Assembly: GCA_036381055.1 (NCBI GenBank)
Contig: DASVDO010000016.1
Span: 633 to 64,632, forward strand
Length of the DNA stretch: 64,000 bases
DNA from: Burkholderiales bacterium
GTDB taxonomy: Bacteria > Pseudomonadota > Gammaproteobacteria > Burkholderiales > SG8-39
Direction: 5' to 3'
Both the position numbers and the translations under genes were made by a program. The notes under the pieces are model-generated. The model saw nothing but the letters and a program-made list of their open reading frames with translations. It had not been told where the DNA came from and did not search any database. Numbering within the stretch: position 1 is the stretch's first letter; the number at the start of each line of letters is the position of its first letter. Below are positions 31,720-40,724 of this stretch, piece after piece.

Positions 31720-32527
31720 CACGCGCTGCATCGCCGGGCGGCTGCCGCGCGGCTTCACGCTGGTGGAGATGGCGGTGGTGGTCGCGATCGTCGGCCTGCT
31801 GCTCGCCATGGGCATGTACACGCTCAGCGCGCAGTCCGAGCAGCGGGCGCGCGAGGAGACGCAGCGCGTGCTGGAGGCGGCGCGCGAGGCGCTGCTCGGC
31901 TACGCCGTGGCCAACGGCCGCCTGCCCTGTCCCGCCTCGGGGAGCGGCAGCGCCGTCGAGGCCGACGCCGGCGGCGGCGTGTGCAGCAACGGCTACGACG
32001 GCTTCCTGCCGGGCGTCACCCTCGGCTTCCAGCCGGTCGACGCCGACGGCTACGCGGTCGACGGCTGGAACAACCGCATCCGCTACGCCGTGGCCACGCA
32101 GAACGTGGTGAGCTGCGCCGCCACGCCGACGCAGCCGCACTTCACCAACAAGACCAACCTCAAGCAGAACGGCATGTCCTGCCAGCCCAACACCGCCGAC
32201 CTGGTGATCTGCAAGTCGAGCGTCGTCTCGCCCGCGCCGGCGGCCGGCAACTGCCAGGGCGGCGGCACCAACAGCGTCACCAACCAGGGCGTGGTGGTCG
32301 CGGTGGTGTTCTCGCCCGGCAAGAACTACCCGCTCGCGCAGACCAGCGTCGCCGCCACCGCGGCCGGCAAGTTCGACGAGGCCGAGAACCTGGACAACGA
32401 CTCGGTGTTCATCAGCCACACGCCGAACCCGCAGGGCGTCGCGGGCGGCGAGTTCGACGACATGCTGGTGTGGATCCCGGTCGGCCTTTTCTACGGCCGG
32501 CTGGCGACCGCCGGCGTGCTGCCGTAG
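31712..32527 (+). CDS. Prepilin-type minor pilin (N-terminal cleavage/methylation domain)
   Basis: PRGFTLVEMAVVVAIVGLLLAMG is the classical G|FTLxE class III signal. 271 aa with 6 Cys. Confidence 0.88.
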   Translation: MTSTRCIAGRLPRGFTLVEMAVVVAIVGLLLAMGMYTLSAQSEQRAREETQRVLEAAREALLGYAVANGRLPCPASGSGSAVEADAGGGVCSNGYDGFLPGVTLGFQPVDADGYAVDGWNNRIRYAVATQNVVSCAATPTQPHFTNKTNLKQNGMSCQPNTADLVICKSSVVSPAPAAGNCQGGGTNSVTNQGVVVAVVFSPGKNYPLAQTSVAATAAGKFDEAENLDNDSVFISHTPNPQGVAGGEFDDMLVWIPVGLFYGRLATAGVLP

Positions 32528-34233
32528 CCCGCGCGGCGCAGCGCGAACACCACGTCCCCGTCCTCGTTCTTCTCCAGCGCCAGGCGATAGCCCTGCGCCT
32601 CGGCCTGGCGCGCCGCCTGGTACAGGCCGATGCCGAGCCCGGCGCGCGAGGCGACCGGCGAGCGCATCAGCGCATCGGCGGTCTGCCGCGGCACCGCGCT
32701 GCCCGAGTCGGCGACGCGCAGCGCGAGGCCGTCGCGGTCGGTGAGGCTCGCGCGCACCCGGAGCTCGGGCTCGAGCACGCGCTTGGCGAGCGCGTTGCGG
32801 ATCAGGTTGTCGGCGACGCTGTCGAACAACGAGCGCGGCAGCTCGGTGCCCGGCGCCACCGCGAGCGGCTCGAGCTCGACGCCCTCGCCCTGGTACTGGC
32901 GCGCCAGCGCGTCCCACCACGCCGCCGCCGGGACGTAGCTCTCGCCGCCGCCCGCCGCCGGGCGCTGCAGCCGCTCGAGCGTCTGCGCCAGGCGCTCGGA
33001 GATGAGCGGCAGCTGGCGGCGCACCAGCGCGTTGATCTGCGCGCTGTCGCGCGCGCCCTCGCCCAGCGCCACCGAGCACAGCACGTTCAGCGACTGCAGC
33101 AGGTTCTTGATGTCGTGCGTGGTGCGCGCGCCCGTCTCGTGCACCGCCTGCAGGTAGCTCGCCTCGCGCAGCTTCTCCTCGCGCAGCTTGGCGACGTAGA
33201 ACTCGCCCAGGAGCTGGCCGAGCAGGTGCAGGTGCCACTGCAGCGCCGGCCCGAGCCGGTAGCGCGAGTAGATGGTGAGCGCGAGCTCGCCGTTCGCCGA
33301 CTCGACCGCCTGCGCGGTGCGCTCGCCGCGCTCGCCCTGCGCCGCGCCGGCGCGCCAGCGCACCCCGGCGACCGCCGGCAGCGCCTGCAGGGCGGCGACC
33401 GCCTCGTCGAGGAAGCGCTGCGGGCGCGCCTCCATCTGCGACAGCTCGGCGAGCACCTCGAGCCATTTCTCGACCGGCAGGCCGATCGAGAAGAGGTAGC
33501 GGGCGAAGAACACGCCCAGGCCGCCGCCGCTCGCCGGGTTCCAGGCGAGGCCGACGAGCAGCATGGCGCCCGCGGTGAGGAACACGGTCACGGTGAGCGC
33601 CTGCAGGTAGGTCGTGCCGGCAAGCGTCATGAAGGTGAAGCTGCCCAGCACCACGACCACCAGCAGCAGCATCAGGAACACGCTGTAGAAGAAGTCGATC
33701 GCCTGCACGCTCTCCGGCGTCTCGACCTCGGCCGGGAAAAGCGCGATCAGCAGGAAGGCGAAGGGCAGCAGGTACTCGGCGCTCTGGCGTATCTCGGGGC
33801 CGATCTCGCGCCGCGGCGCGATCTCGGGCAGGATCGCCACGGCGAGCAGCGCGAGCAGGTAGGCGAGCACCACGAGGTACGAGCGCCGCTGCCACTTCGC
33901 GTGCTGCTGGTAGACCTTGCCGCCGACCAGGCCGGCGATGACGATCACCCAGAAGGCGAGCAGCCACCAGTTGAGGCGCGTCATCACCAGCACGGCGACC
34001 ACCGCGAGCATCACGCCCTGCGCCGGCGAGACGCGCTGCTCGGCGCGCAGGAACGGCTGCCACAGCAGCAGCAGGCCGAGGTGCGCGAGCAGCAGCGCGC
34101 GCGCCCACGGGTCGGCGACGCCGCGGAACACCGCGACGTGCAGCAGCGCGAGCATGGCGACGACCACCAGCCGCCAGTAGCGGCGGCTGAAGCTCCACGC
34201 CGCGTTGGCGACGCCGGCGAACGTCGGTTGCAC
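32491..34233 (-). CDS. Multi-TM sensor histidine kinase (PilS/PrsK-like)
   Basis: Tail of ORF 32491..35142(-). About 300 aa of repeated hydrophobic segments, H-box THDIKNLLQSL, N-box DNLIRNALAK, G-boxes VADSGSAVP and GLGIGLYQA. The start is uncertain (GTG 34233 or ATG 34155). Confidence 0.85.
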   Translation of the reverse strand: MQPTFAGVANAAWSFSRRYWRLVVVAMLALLHVAVFRGVADPWARALLLAHLGLLLLWQPFLRAEQRVSPAQGVMLAVVAVLVMTRLNWWLLAFWVIVIAGLVGGKVYQQHAKWQRRSYLVVLAYLLALLAVAILPEIAPRREIGPEIRQSAEYLLPFAFLLIALFPAEVETPESVQAIDFFYSVFLMLLLVVVVLGSFTFMTLAGTTYLQALTVTVFLTAGAMLLVGLAWNPASGGGLGVFFARYLFSIGLPVEKWLEVLAELSQMEARPQRFLDEAVAALQALPAVAGVRWRAGAAQGERGERTAQAVESANGELALTIYSRYRLGPALQWHLHLLGQLLGEFYVAKLREEKLREASYLQAVHETGARTTHDIKNLLQSLNVLCSVALGEGARDSAQINALVRRQLPLISERLAQTLERLQRPAAGGGESYVPAAAWWDALARQYQGEGVELEPLAVAPGTELPRSLFDSVADNLIRNALAKRVLEPELRVRASLTDRDGLALRVADSGSAVPRQTADALMRSPVASRAGLGIGLYQAARQAEAQGYRLALEKNEDGDVVFALRRAGYGSTPAVASRP

Positions 34234-34269
34234 AGTGCGATCCCCCGCGGCTAGTCTACAAACGAACCG

Positions 34270-35031
34270 ATGCCGGCCGCCATTCTCGCCCGCCTGGTCC
34301 TGCTGGAAGCGCGACGCAGCGCGCTGCCCTGGCTCGGCGCCGCCGGCATCGCCGCCGCGCTGGTGCTCGCCGCCTTCCTGTCGGGCGTGGCGCTCACCGA
34401 GGGGCGCGAGCTGCGCCTCGCCGTGGTCGCCGCGCTGCTGCGCGCCTGCGCCGTGTTCCTGGTCGCCGCGCAGGTCGCGGCGAGCGTGCAGCGCGAGATC
34501 GACGACCGGGGGCTGGAGCAGATGCTCTCGCTGCCGCTGCCGCGCGCGGTCCACTATCTCGGCCGGCTGGGCGGCTTCGCCGCCTGCGGCGCGCTGCTCG
34601 CGCTCGCCTTCGCCGCGCCGCTCGCGCTGTGGGCGGCGCCCGGGCCGCTCGCCCTGTGGACCGCCTCGCTCGCCCTCGAGTGCATGCTGGTCGCGGCGAC
34701 GGCGCTCTTCTTCAGCATGGGCCTCGCGCAGATCGTCGGCGCGATCTCGGCGACGCTCGCGCTCTACCTGCTCGGGCGCTCGATCGCCGCGATCCAGGCG
34801 ATCGCCGGCGGACCGCTCGGCGAGGAGTCGCTCGCCGGCCGGCTCGCGGGGACGCTGATCGACGCGCTCGCCTTCGTGCTGCCGCGCCTGGACCTCGTCA
34901 CGCGCAGCGACTGGCTGCTCTACGGCGTGCCTGCCGCGCGCGACGCCGCGCTCGCCCTCGCCGGGCTCGCCGGCTACGCGCTGCTCGTGACCGCGGCGGG
35001 GCTGTTCGACTTCTACCGCCGCTCGCCATGA
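34270..35031 (+). CDS. ABC-2 family exporter permease-like membrane protein
   Basis: Six hydrophobic segments. After TM1 comes the ABC-2 signature-like stretch VQREIDDRGLEQMLSLPLPRAVHYLG (compare ExxxGTLExLLxxPxxR). Confidence 0.7.
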   Translation: MPAAILARLVLLEARRSALPWLGAAGIAAALVLAAFLSGVALTEGRELRLAVVAALLRACAVFLVAAQVAASVQREIDDRGLEQMLSLPLPRAVHYLGRLGGFAACGALLALAFAAPLALWAAPGPLALWTASLALECMLVAATALFFSMGLAQIVGAISATLALYLLGRSIAAIQAIAGGPLGEESLAGRLAGTLIDALAFVLPRLDLVTRSDWLLYGVPAARDAALALAGLAGYALLVTAAGLFDFYRRSP

Positions 35032-35735
35032 CGGACGCGGCGCGGCCGCTCGCCGCCGTGCCGCGCTGGCTGCGCGGCCTGCTCGTCGCCGCGCTCGCCG
35101 CGCAGCTCGCGCTGCACCAGGCGGCGCCGCCGGCCGGCGCATCGGCGCGCGACCTGCCGCCGGCGCCGCAGCCCGCGCTGCTGCGCCTCGCGAGCCTCGG
35201 CGAGCCGCCCGCCCTGGCGCGCCTGCTCATGCTTTACCTGCAGGCGTTCGACCTCGGCGGCGGGAACGTCCTGCCCTACCGGCGGCTCGACTACCGGCGG
35301 CTCGCCGACTGGCTGCGCGCGATCCTCGCCCTCGATCCGAAGAGCCAGTACCCGCTCTTCAGCGCGGCGCGCGTGTACGCCGAGGTGCCGGACCGGCAGC
35401 GCATGCGGCAGATGCTGGAGCTCATCCACGACGAGTACCTCGCCGATCCCAACCGCCGCTGGCCCTGGCTCGCGCACGCGGCGATCCTCGCCAAGCACCG
35501 GCTCGGCGACCTGCCGCTCGCCCTGCGCTACGCCGCGGCGATCGAGCGCCATACCACCGACCCGGGCGCGCCGCTCTGGGCGAAGCACATGCAGATCTTC
35601 ATCCTCGAGGACATGGGCGAGCTCGAGGCCGAGCGGATCATGATCGGCAGCCTGATCGAGAGCGGACGCATCCGCGAGCCGGCGGAGCTCGGCCTGCTCA
35701 AGCGGCGGCTCGAAGAACTGGAGCGCCGCCGTTAG
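35028..35735 (+). CDS. Membrane-anchored helical-repeat protein, unknown function (translationally coupled to the permease)
   Basis: ATG 35028 in an ATGA overlap. N-terminal anchor WLRGLLVAALAAQLAL, then an alpha-helical, TPR-like body. I recognised no motif. Confidence 0.55.
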   Translation: MTDAARPLAAVPRWLRGLLVAALAAQLALHQAAPPAGASARDLPPAPQPALLRLASLGEPPALARLLMLYLQAFDLGGGNVLPYRRLDYRRLADWLRAILALDPKSQYPLFSAARVYAEVPDRQRMRQMLELIHDEYLADPNRRWPWLAHAAILAKHRLGDLPLALRYAAAIERHTTDPGAPLWAKHMQIFILEDMGELEAERIMIGSLIESGRIREPAELGLLKRRLEELERRR

Positions 35736-35771
35736 TGTCGAGATTCCGACAGGAGCGTCGGCAATTCGACA
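35736..35771 (+). promoter_or_regulatory. Tandem palindromic upstream activator sites (candidate enhancer-binding-protein sites)
   Basis: TGTCGAGATTCCGACA (35736-35751) and CGTCGGCAATTCGACA (35756-35771). The half-sites fit TGTCG-N6-CGACA, the centres are 20 bp apart, and the sites lie about 60-85 bp upstream of the -24 element. Confidence 0.6.
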
Positions 35772-35824
35772 GCAGTTTCTGAAGTACGTCCTCTAAGGTT
35801 TTGTTTCCAAAAGCCTGTTATTCT

Positions 35825-35840
35825 TGGCACACCAATTGCT
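35825..35840 (+). promoter_or_regulatory. Sigma-54 (-24/-12) promoter of the major pilin gene
   Basis: TGGCACaccaaTTGCT matches TGGCAC-N5-TTGCW exactly. It is followed by the RBS AGGGAGG (35864-35870) and the ATG at 35880. Confidence 0.85.
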
Positions 35841-35879
35841 GGTGATTTACCGCCTGGAACCCCAGGGAGGGAAAAGGAC

Positions 35880-36536
35880 ATGAAAAGGACAAAAGGCTTC
35901 ACGCTGGTCGAGATCGCGATCGTGCTCGTGATCATCGGGCTGCTGCTCGGCGGCATCCTGAAAGGCCAGGAAATGATCACGCAGGCGAAGATCAAGAACG
36001 TCATCGCCGACATGTCGGGCGTCTCCGCCGCGATGTACGGCTATCAGGACCGCTACAAGGCGCTCCCGGGCGACGACAAGCTGGCGACCCGCTGGAGCGG
36101 CGCCACCGCAGGTGACGGCGACGGCATCATCAGCGGCAAGTGGACCGCCACGAGCACCGAGGCGCTCAATTTCTGGGACCACCTGCGGCGCTCCGGCTTC
36201 ATCTCGGGCAGCGGCGCGGAGAACCCGTTCAACGCGGTCTCGGGCAAGCTCGGCGTGCAGACCGGCGACGGGCCGGCGGCCGGCTCGAACCCGGGCAGCG
36301 TGCTGCAGGAGTCGACCGGCTCGGGCACCGCGTTCTCGAGCCTGATCCTGTGCAGCGGCAACCTGCCCGACAAGATCGCGGTGTCGGTCGACTCGCAGAT
36401 GGACGACGGCATCGGCACCAAGGGCAGCGTGCGCGGCATGCTGCAGAGCGCGCCCAACCCGGCGACCCTCTCCGCGACGGCAAGCGCGTACGCGGAAGAC
36501 GGCGTGAGCACCTACGTCGTCTGCCGCCTGCTCTAG
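35880..36536 (+). CDS. Type IV major pilin (prepilin with N-terminal cleavage/methylation domain; MshA/PilA-like)
   Basis: MKRTKGFTLVEIAIVLVIIGLLLGGILKGQE. C-terminal Cys pair (LILCSG...YVVCRLL) consistent with a D-region disulfide. Own sigma-54 promoter and terminator. Confidence 0.92.
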   Translation: MKRTKGFTLVEIAIVLVIIGLLLGGILKGQEMITQAKIKNVIADMSGVSAAMYGYQDRYKALPGDDKLATRWSGATAGDGDGIISGKWTATSTEALNFWDHLRRSGFISGSGAENPFNAVSGKLGVQTGDGPAAGSNPGSVLQESTGSGTAFSSLILCSGNLPDKIAVSVDSQMDDGIGTKGSVRGMLQSAPNPATLSATASAYAEDGVSTYVVCRLL

Positions 36537-36558
36537 GCGCCCTCCCCGATTGCATTGG

Positions 36559-36582
36559 GCCGGCGAAAGCCGGCTTTTTTTT
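36559..36582 (+). terminator. Rho-independent terminator after the pilin gene
   Basis: GCCGGC-GAAA-GCCGGC followed by T8, 23 nt after the pilin stop. It abuts the stop of the convergent antiporter gene. Confidence 0.85.
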
Positions 36583-36584
36583 GC

Positions 36585-38555
36585 CTAGCCGCGGCCGCGC
36601 AGCAGCCGCTCTTCGGCGCGCGCCAGCGCTTCCGGCCGCCCCAGCACCACCACCACGTCGCCCGCGCGCAACGCGCCCGCCTGCACGGGCTCGAGCTTGC
36701 GCGGCTCGCCCGGACGGCGCACCGCGCGCACCTCGGCGCCCAGCCGCTCGAGCGCGAGCGCGTCCAGCGTGCGGCCCACCGCCGGCGAGCCCGCCTCGAG
36801 CGTCACCGCGTGCAGGCGCACGCCGCGCTCGTCCTCGCGCTCGTCGGGCGCGCCGGGAAAGAGGCCGCGCAGCAGCGCGTAGTGCCCGTCGCGCACCTGG
36901 CTCACGCGCCGCATCACCCGGCTGAGCGGCACGCCGACCATGACCAGCGTGTGCGAGGCGAGCATCAGGCCCGACTCGAGCGCCTCGGGCACCACCTCGG
37001 AGGCGCCCGCCTCGATCAGGCGCGCGATGTCGCCCTCGTCGTGCGCGCGCACGATCACCGGCACCCCGGGATTGAGCTGCTGGATGTGCGACAGCACGCG
37101 CACCGCGGCGTCGACGTCGGCGAAGGTCACCACCACGGCCGCGGCGCGCATCAGGCCGGCGGCGATCAGCGCCTCGCGCCGCGCGCTGTCGGCGAACACC
37201 ACCGTGTCGCCGGCGAGCGCGGCCTCGCGCACGCGCTGCGGATCGAGGTCGAGGGCGATGTAGCGCACGCCCTCGGCGTCGAGCAGGCGGGCGAGGCGCT
37301 GGCCGTTGCGGCCGTAGCCGAGGATGATGACGTGGCGCTCGGCTTCCATGGACTGCGCCGCGACGCGGTGCAGCTCGAGCGAGCGCAGCATCCATTCCGA
37401 GCGCGTCAGGCGCATCACGATGCGGTCGCTCGCGGCGATGACGAACGGCGTGGCGAGCATCGACAGGATCATCGCCGCGAGCAGCGCCTGCAGGAACGGC
37501 GGCGGCGCGAGCCCGCCGGCGAGCGGCAGCAGCACGAAGCCGAACTCGCCCGCCTGGCCGAGCGCCAGACCGACGCGCAGCGCCGTGCCGGCCGGCGCGC
37601 CGAACGCCCGCGCCAGCGCGGCGATCAGCGCCGCCTTCGCCGCGACCAGCAGCACGAACAGGCCCAGCACCCGCGGCCACTGGCCGAACACCAGGTGCAG
37701 GTCGAGCATCATGCCGACCGTGACGAAGAAAAGGCCGAGCAGCACGTCGCGGAAGGGCGCGATGTCCTCCTCGACCTGGTAGCGGTACTCGGTCTCGGAG
37801 ATGAGCATGCCGGCGAGGAAGGCGCCGAGCACCAGCGACAGGCCGGCGAGGCCGGTCAGGAAGGCGAGCAGCAGCGTCACCAGCAGCACGTTCAGCACGA
37901 ACAGCTCGCTCGAGCGCAGCCGCGCCACGACGCCCAGCCAGGCGCGCATCAGCGGCGGACCGACCACCACCACCAGCACCAGCGCCGCGGCCGCCTTGGC
38001 GAGCGCCGCGGCGAGCGCGCTGCCCAGCCCGTCGGCCGGGTAGCCGAGCGCCGGCACGAGGATCAGCAGCGGCACCACGGCGAGGTCCTGGAACAGCAGC
38101 ACGCCGAACACGTGGCGGCCGTGCGCCGCCTCGAGCTCGCCGCGCTCGCTGAGCAGCTTCGAGACGATCGCGGTCGAGGACATGGCGGCGACGCCGCCCA
38201 GCGCGGCGCCGGCCTGCCAGGACGCGCCGAGCGCGAGCGCGCCGGCGACGCCGATCGCCACCGTGGCGAGCACCTGGGCGCTGCCCAGGCCGAACACGAT
38301 GCGCCGCATGGCGAACAGCCGGGTGCGGCTGAACTCCAGGCCGATCGAGAACATCAGGAACACCACGCCGAACTCGGCGAGGCGCAGCGTCTCTTCCCGG
38401 TTCGAGGCGAGGCCGAGCGCGTGCGGCCCGAGCGCGAGCCCGGTCGCGAGGTAGCCCACCATCGGCGGCAGGTGCAGGCGGCGGCAGAGCGCCACGGCGA
38501 GCACCGCCGAGGCGAGCAGCACGAGCACCGACTGCAGCGATACGCCCGGATCCAT
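36585..38555 (-). CDS. CPA2-family monovalent cation:proton antiporter with RCK (TrkA-N/TrkA-C) domains (KefB/KefC/YbaL-like)
   Basis: 656 aa. The N-terminal membrane domain (MVGYLATGLALGPHALGL...AEFGVVFLMFSIGLE) is followed by a Rossmann-like HVIILGYGRNGQRLARLL and a C-terminal TrkA-C-like domain. Confidence 0.88.
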   Translation of the reverse strand: MDPGVSLQSVLVLLASAVLAVALCRRLHLPPMVGYLATGLALGPHALGLASNREETLRLAEFGVVFLMFSIGLEFSRTRLFAMRRIVFGLGSAQVLATVAIGVAGALALGASWQAGAALGGVAAMSSTAIVSKLLSERGELEAAHGRHVFGVLLFQDLAVVPLLILVPALGYPADGLGSALAAALAKAAAALVLVVVVGPPLMRAWLGVVARLRSSELFVLNVLLVTLLLAFLTGLAGLSLVLGAFLAGMLISETEYRYQVEEDIAPFRDVLLGLFFVTVGMMLDLHLVFGQWPRVLGLFVLLVAAKAALIAALARAFGAPAGTALRVGLALGQAGEFGFVLLPLAGGLAPPPFLQALLAAMILSMLATPFVIAASDRIVMRLTRSEWMLRSLELHRVAAQSMEAERHVIILGYGRNGQRLARLLDAEGVRYIALDLDPQRVREAALAGDTVVFADSARREALIAAGLMRAAAVVVTFADVDAAVRVLSHIQQLNPGVPVIVRAHDEGDIARLIEAGASEVVPEALESGLMLASHTLVMVGVPLSRVMRRVSQVRDGHYALLRGLFPGAPDEREDERGVRLHAVTLEAGSPAVGRTLDALALERLGAEVRAVRRPGEPRKLEPVQAGALRAGDVVVVLGRPEALARAEERLLRGRG

Positions 38556-38587
38556 GGGCCTCTACCGGCGGGTTTATACTGCGGCCG

Positions 38588-39598
38588 ATGATAAAGGCAG
38601 CGCATCTGCAGGCGCCAACGGGAAAATCGGGCGCCGACCGGGCGCTCGCGCTGGCGCGGCGCGTGCTCGCCATCGAGGCCGACGCGGTGCGCGCGCTCGC
38701 CGAGCGGCTCGACGAGCGCTTCCTCGCGGCGCTCGAGCTCCTCCAGACGCGGCGCGGCCGCGTGGTGGTGAGCGGCATCGGCAAGTCGGGCCACATCGCG
38801 CGCAAGATCGCCTCGACGCTGTCGAGCACCGGCACGCCGGCGTACTTCGTGCACCCCGCCGAGGCGAGCCACGGCGACCTCGGCATGGTCGAGGCGGGCG
38901 ACGTGTTCATCGCCATTTCCTACTCGGGCGCGAGCGAGGAGCTGCTCGACATCGTGCCGCTGGTGAAGCGCCGCGGCGCCAAGCTGATCGCCGTCACCGG
39001 CAACGCCGACTCGGCGCTCGCGCGCGAGGCCGACGCGCACCTCGACGCGCGCGTCGCCCAGGAGGCCTGCCCGCTCAACCTGGCGCCCACCGCCAGCACC
39101 ACCGCGGCGCTCGCGCTCGGCGACGCGCTCGCCGTGGCGCTGCTCGACGCGCGCGGCTTCTCGGCCGACGACTTCGCGCGCAGCCATCCGCGCGGCCGCC
39201 TGCACCGGCAGGCGCTGCTGCACGTCGCCGACGTGATGTGCCGCGGCGAGGCGGTGCCGAGCGTGCCGGCGGGCGCGCGCGCGATCGACGCGGTGGCCGA
39301 GATCACGCGCGGCAAGCTGGGCATGACCGCGGTGGTGGGCGAAGGCCGCCGCCTGCTCGGCGTGTTCACCGACGGCGACGTGCGACGCGCGCTGCAGCGC
39401 GGCGTCGACTTCCGCGCCGCGCCGATCGACGAGCTGATGACGCGCCGGCCGAAGACGCTGCGGCCGGAGGCGCTCGCCGCGGAGGCGGCGCAGCTCATGG
39501 AAACGCACAAGATCAGCCAGCTGCTGGTGGTGGACGGCGCGGGCGCGCTGGTCGGCGCGCTGAACACGCACGATCTGCTGCGCGCCAAGGTCATCTAG
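38588..39598 (+). CDS. kdsD: Arabinose-5-phosphate isomerase (KdsD/KpsF family; SIS + tandem CBS)
   Basis: VVVSGIGKSGHIARKIASTLSSTGTPAYFVHPAEASHGDLG...APTASTTAALALGDALA, then CBS pairs. Confidence 0.92.
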   Translation: MIKAAHLQAPTGKSGADRALALARRVLAIEADAVRALAERLDERFLAALELLQTRRGRVVVSGIGKSGHIARKIASTLSSTGTPAYFVHPAEASHGDLGMVEAGDVFIAISYSGASEELLDIVPLVKRRGAKLIAVTGNADSALAREADAHLDARVAQEACPLNLAPTASTTAALALGDALAVALLDARGFSADDFARSHPRGRLHRQALLHVADVMCRGEAVPSVPAGARAIDAVAEITRGKLGMTAVVGEGRRLLGVFTDGDVRRALQRGVDFRAAPIDELMTRRPKTLRPEALAAEAAQLMETHKISQLLVVDGAGALVGALNTHDLLRAKVI

Positions 39599-39604
39599 CC
39601 GCGC

Positions 39605-40141
39605 ATGATGTTTCTTTCTGCCGATGCGCTCGAGCGGGCGCGGCGGGTGCGGCTGATGGTGTTCGACGTGGACGGCGTGCTGACCGACGGGCGGCTCTGG
39701 TACGGGCCGCAGGGCGAGACCTTGAAGGCGTTCCATGCGTTCGATGGCCACGGCGTGAAGATGCTGCAGCAGGCGGGCCTGCACATCGCGCTGCTCTCCG
39801 GGCGCGCGCTGCCGGCGGTCGAGGCGCGCGCGCGCGAGCTCGACATCGCGCACGTGCTGCAGGGCGTGCAGGACAAGCGGCGCGCCTTCGACGCGCTGCT
39901 GCGCCGGCTGCGCGTGGCGCGCGCCGCCGCGGCGTACATGGGCGACGACCTGGTCGACCTGGGCGTGCTCGGGCGCTGCGGCTTCGCCTGCGCGCCGCGC
40001 GAGGCGCCCGAGGCGGTGCGCCGCGTCGCGCACTGCGTGCCCTCGGCGCCGGCGGGGCGCGGCGCGGCGCGCGAGGTGTGCGACTTCATCCTGGAGGCGC
40101 AGGGCCGGCTCGGCCGGCTGCTCGCGCGCTACCGGCGCTGA
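39605..40141 (+). CDS. kdsC: 3-deoxy-D-manno-octulosonate 8-phosphate phosphatase
   Basis: HAD motif VRLMVFDVDGVLTDGRLWYGPQGETLKAFHAFDGHGVKML and GDDLVDL. Confidence 0.92.
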   Translation: MMFLSADALERARRVRLMVFDVDGVLTDGRLWYGPQGETLKAFHAFDGHGVKMLQQAGLHIALLSGRALPAVEARARELDIAHVLQGVQDKRRAFDALLRRLRVARAAAAYMGDDLVDLGVLGRCGFACAPREAPEAVRRVAHCVPSAPAGRGAAREVCDFILEAQGRLGRLLARYRR

Positions 40142-40151
40142 GGCGGCGCGC

Positions 40152-40724
40152 ATGCGGCTCTCCACCACGCGCATCTTCCCGCTCGCGCTGATGCTCGCGC
40201 TCGCCGCGCTCACGCTGTGGCTCGAGCACGCGACGCGCGTCGAGGACAAGCCCCCGGCGCTGCGCCGGCACGACCCGGACTACATCGTCACGCGCTTCAC
40301 CACCACCACCTACGACGCCGCGGGCCGGCCGGTGCGGACGCTCGCTGCGGCGCGCATGGTGCACTACCCCGACGACGACTCGACCGAGCTCGAGGCGCCG
40401 CGCGTCATCGAGGCGAGGCCCGAGCAGCCGCGCCTGCGGGCGCGCGCCGACCGCGGCACGCTGTCGCGCGAGGGCGACGAGATCTTCCTCTACGACAACG
40501 TGGTGCTGACGCGCGAGGCGGACGAGACCAGCCCCGCGGCGCGCATGACCACCAGCTTCCTGCACATCGTGCGCGACCGCTCGCTGGTGCGCACCGATCG
40601 CGAAGTGCTGTTCGAGGAGCCGGGCCGCTCGCTCAAGGGGCGCGGCATGGAGTACCGCACCGACACGCGCCAGCTCACGCTGGCGCACGACGTGCGCGGC
40701 GTCATGGAGCCGGGGGCGCCATGA
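40152..40724 (+). CDS. lptC: LPS export system protein LptC
   Basis: N-terminal anchor, 190 aa, with [19 protein letters not shown]. Positioned between kdsC and lptA. Confidence 0.85.
   Translation: MRLSTTRIFPLALMLALAALTLWLEHATRVEDKPPALRRHDPDYIVTRFTTTTYDAAGRPVRTLAAARMVHYPDDDSTELEAPRVIEARPEQPRLRARADRGTLSREGDEIFLYDNVVLTREADETSPAARMTTSFLHIVRDRSLVRTDREVLFEEPGRSLKGRGMEYRTDTRQLTLAHDVRGVMEPGAP

Noticed and set aside
36229-38916. 895-aa minus-strand ORF spanning the pilin 3' end, the antiporter gene and the kdsD start.
   Set aside because: It is an alternate frame of the CPA2 antiporter gene. The 36585..38555 frame gives a coherent membrane domain plus RCK domains, and this one gives Arg/Ala repeats.
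39170-39230. KdsD hinge motif reads SHPRGRLHRQALLHV instead of the HPGGxLGRxLLL I expect. I suspected a compensated frameshift or sequencing error.
   Set aside because: I translated the other two frames across this stretch (RAAACTGRRCC and ARPPAPAGAAA). Neither restores the consensus, and the flanking SIS and CBS sequences are in frame. So it is treated as real substitutions of unknown consequence, not as a pseudogene.
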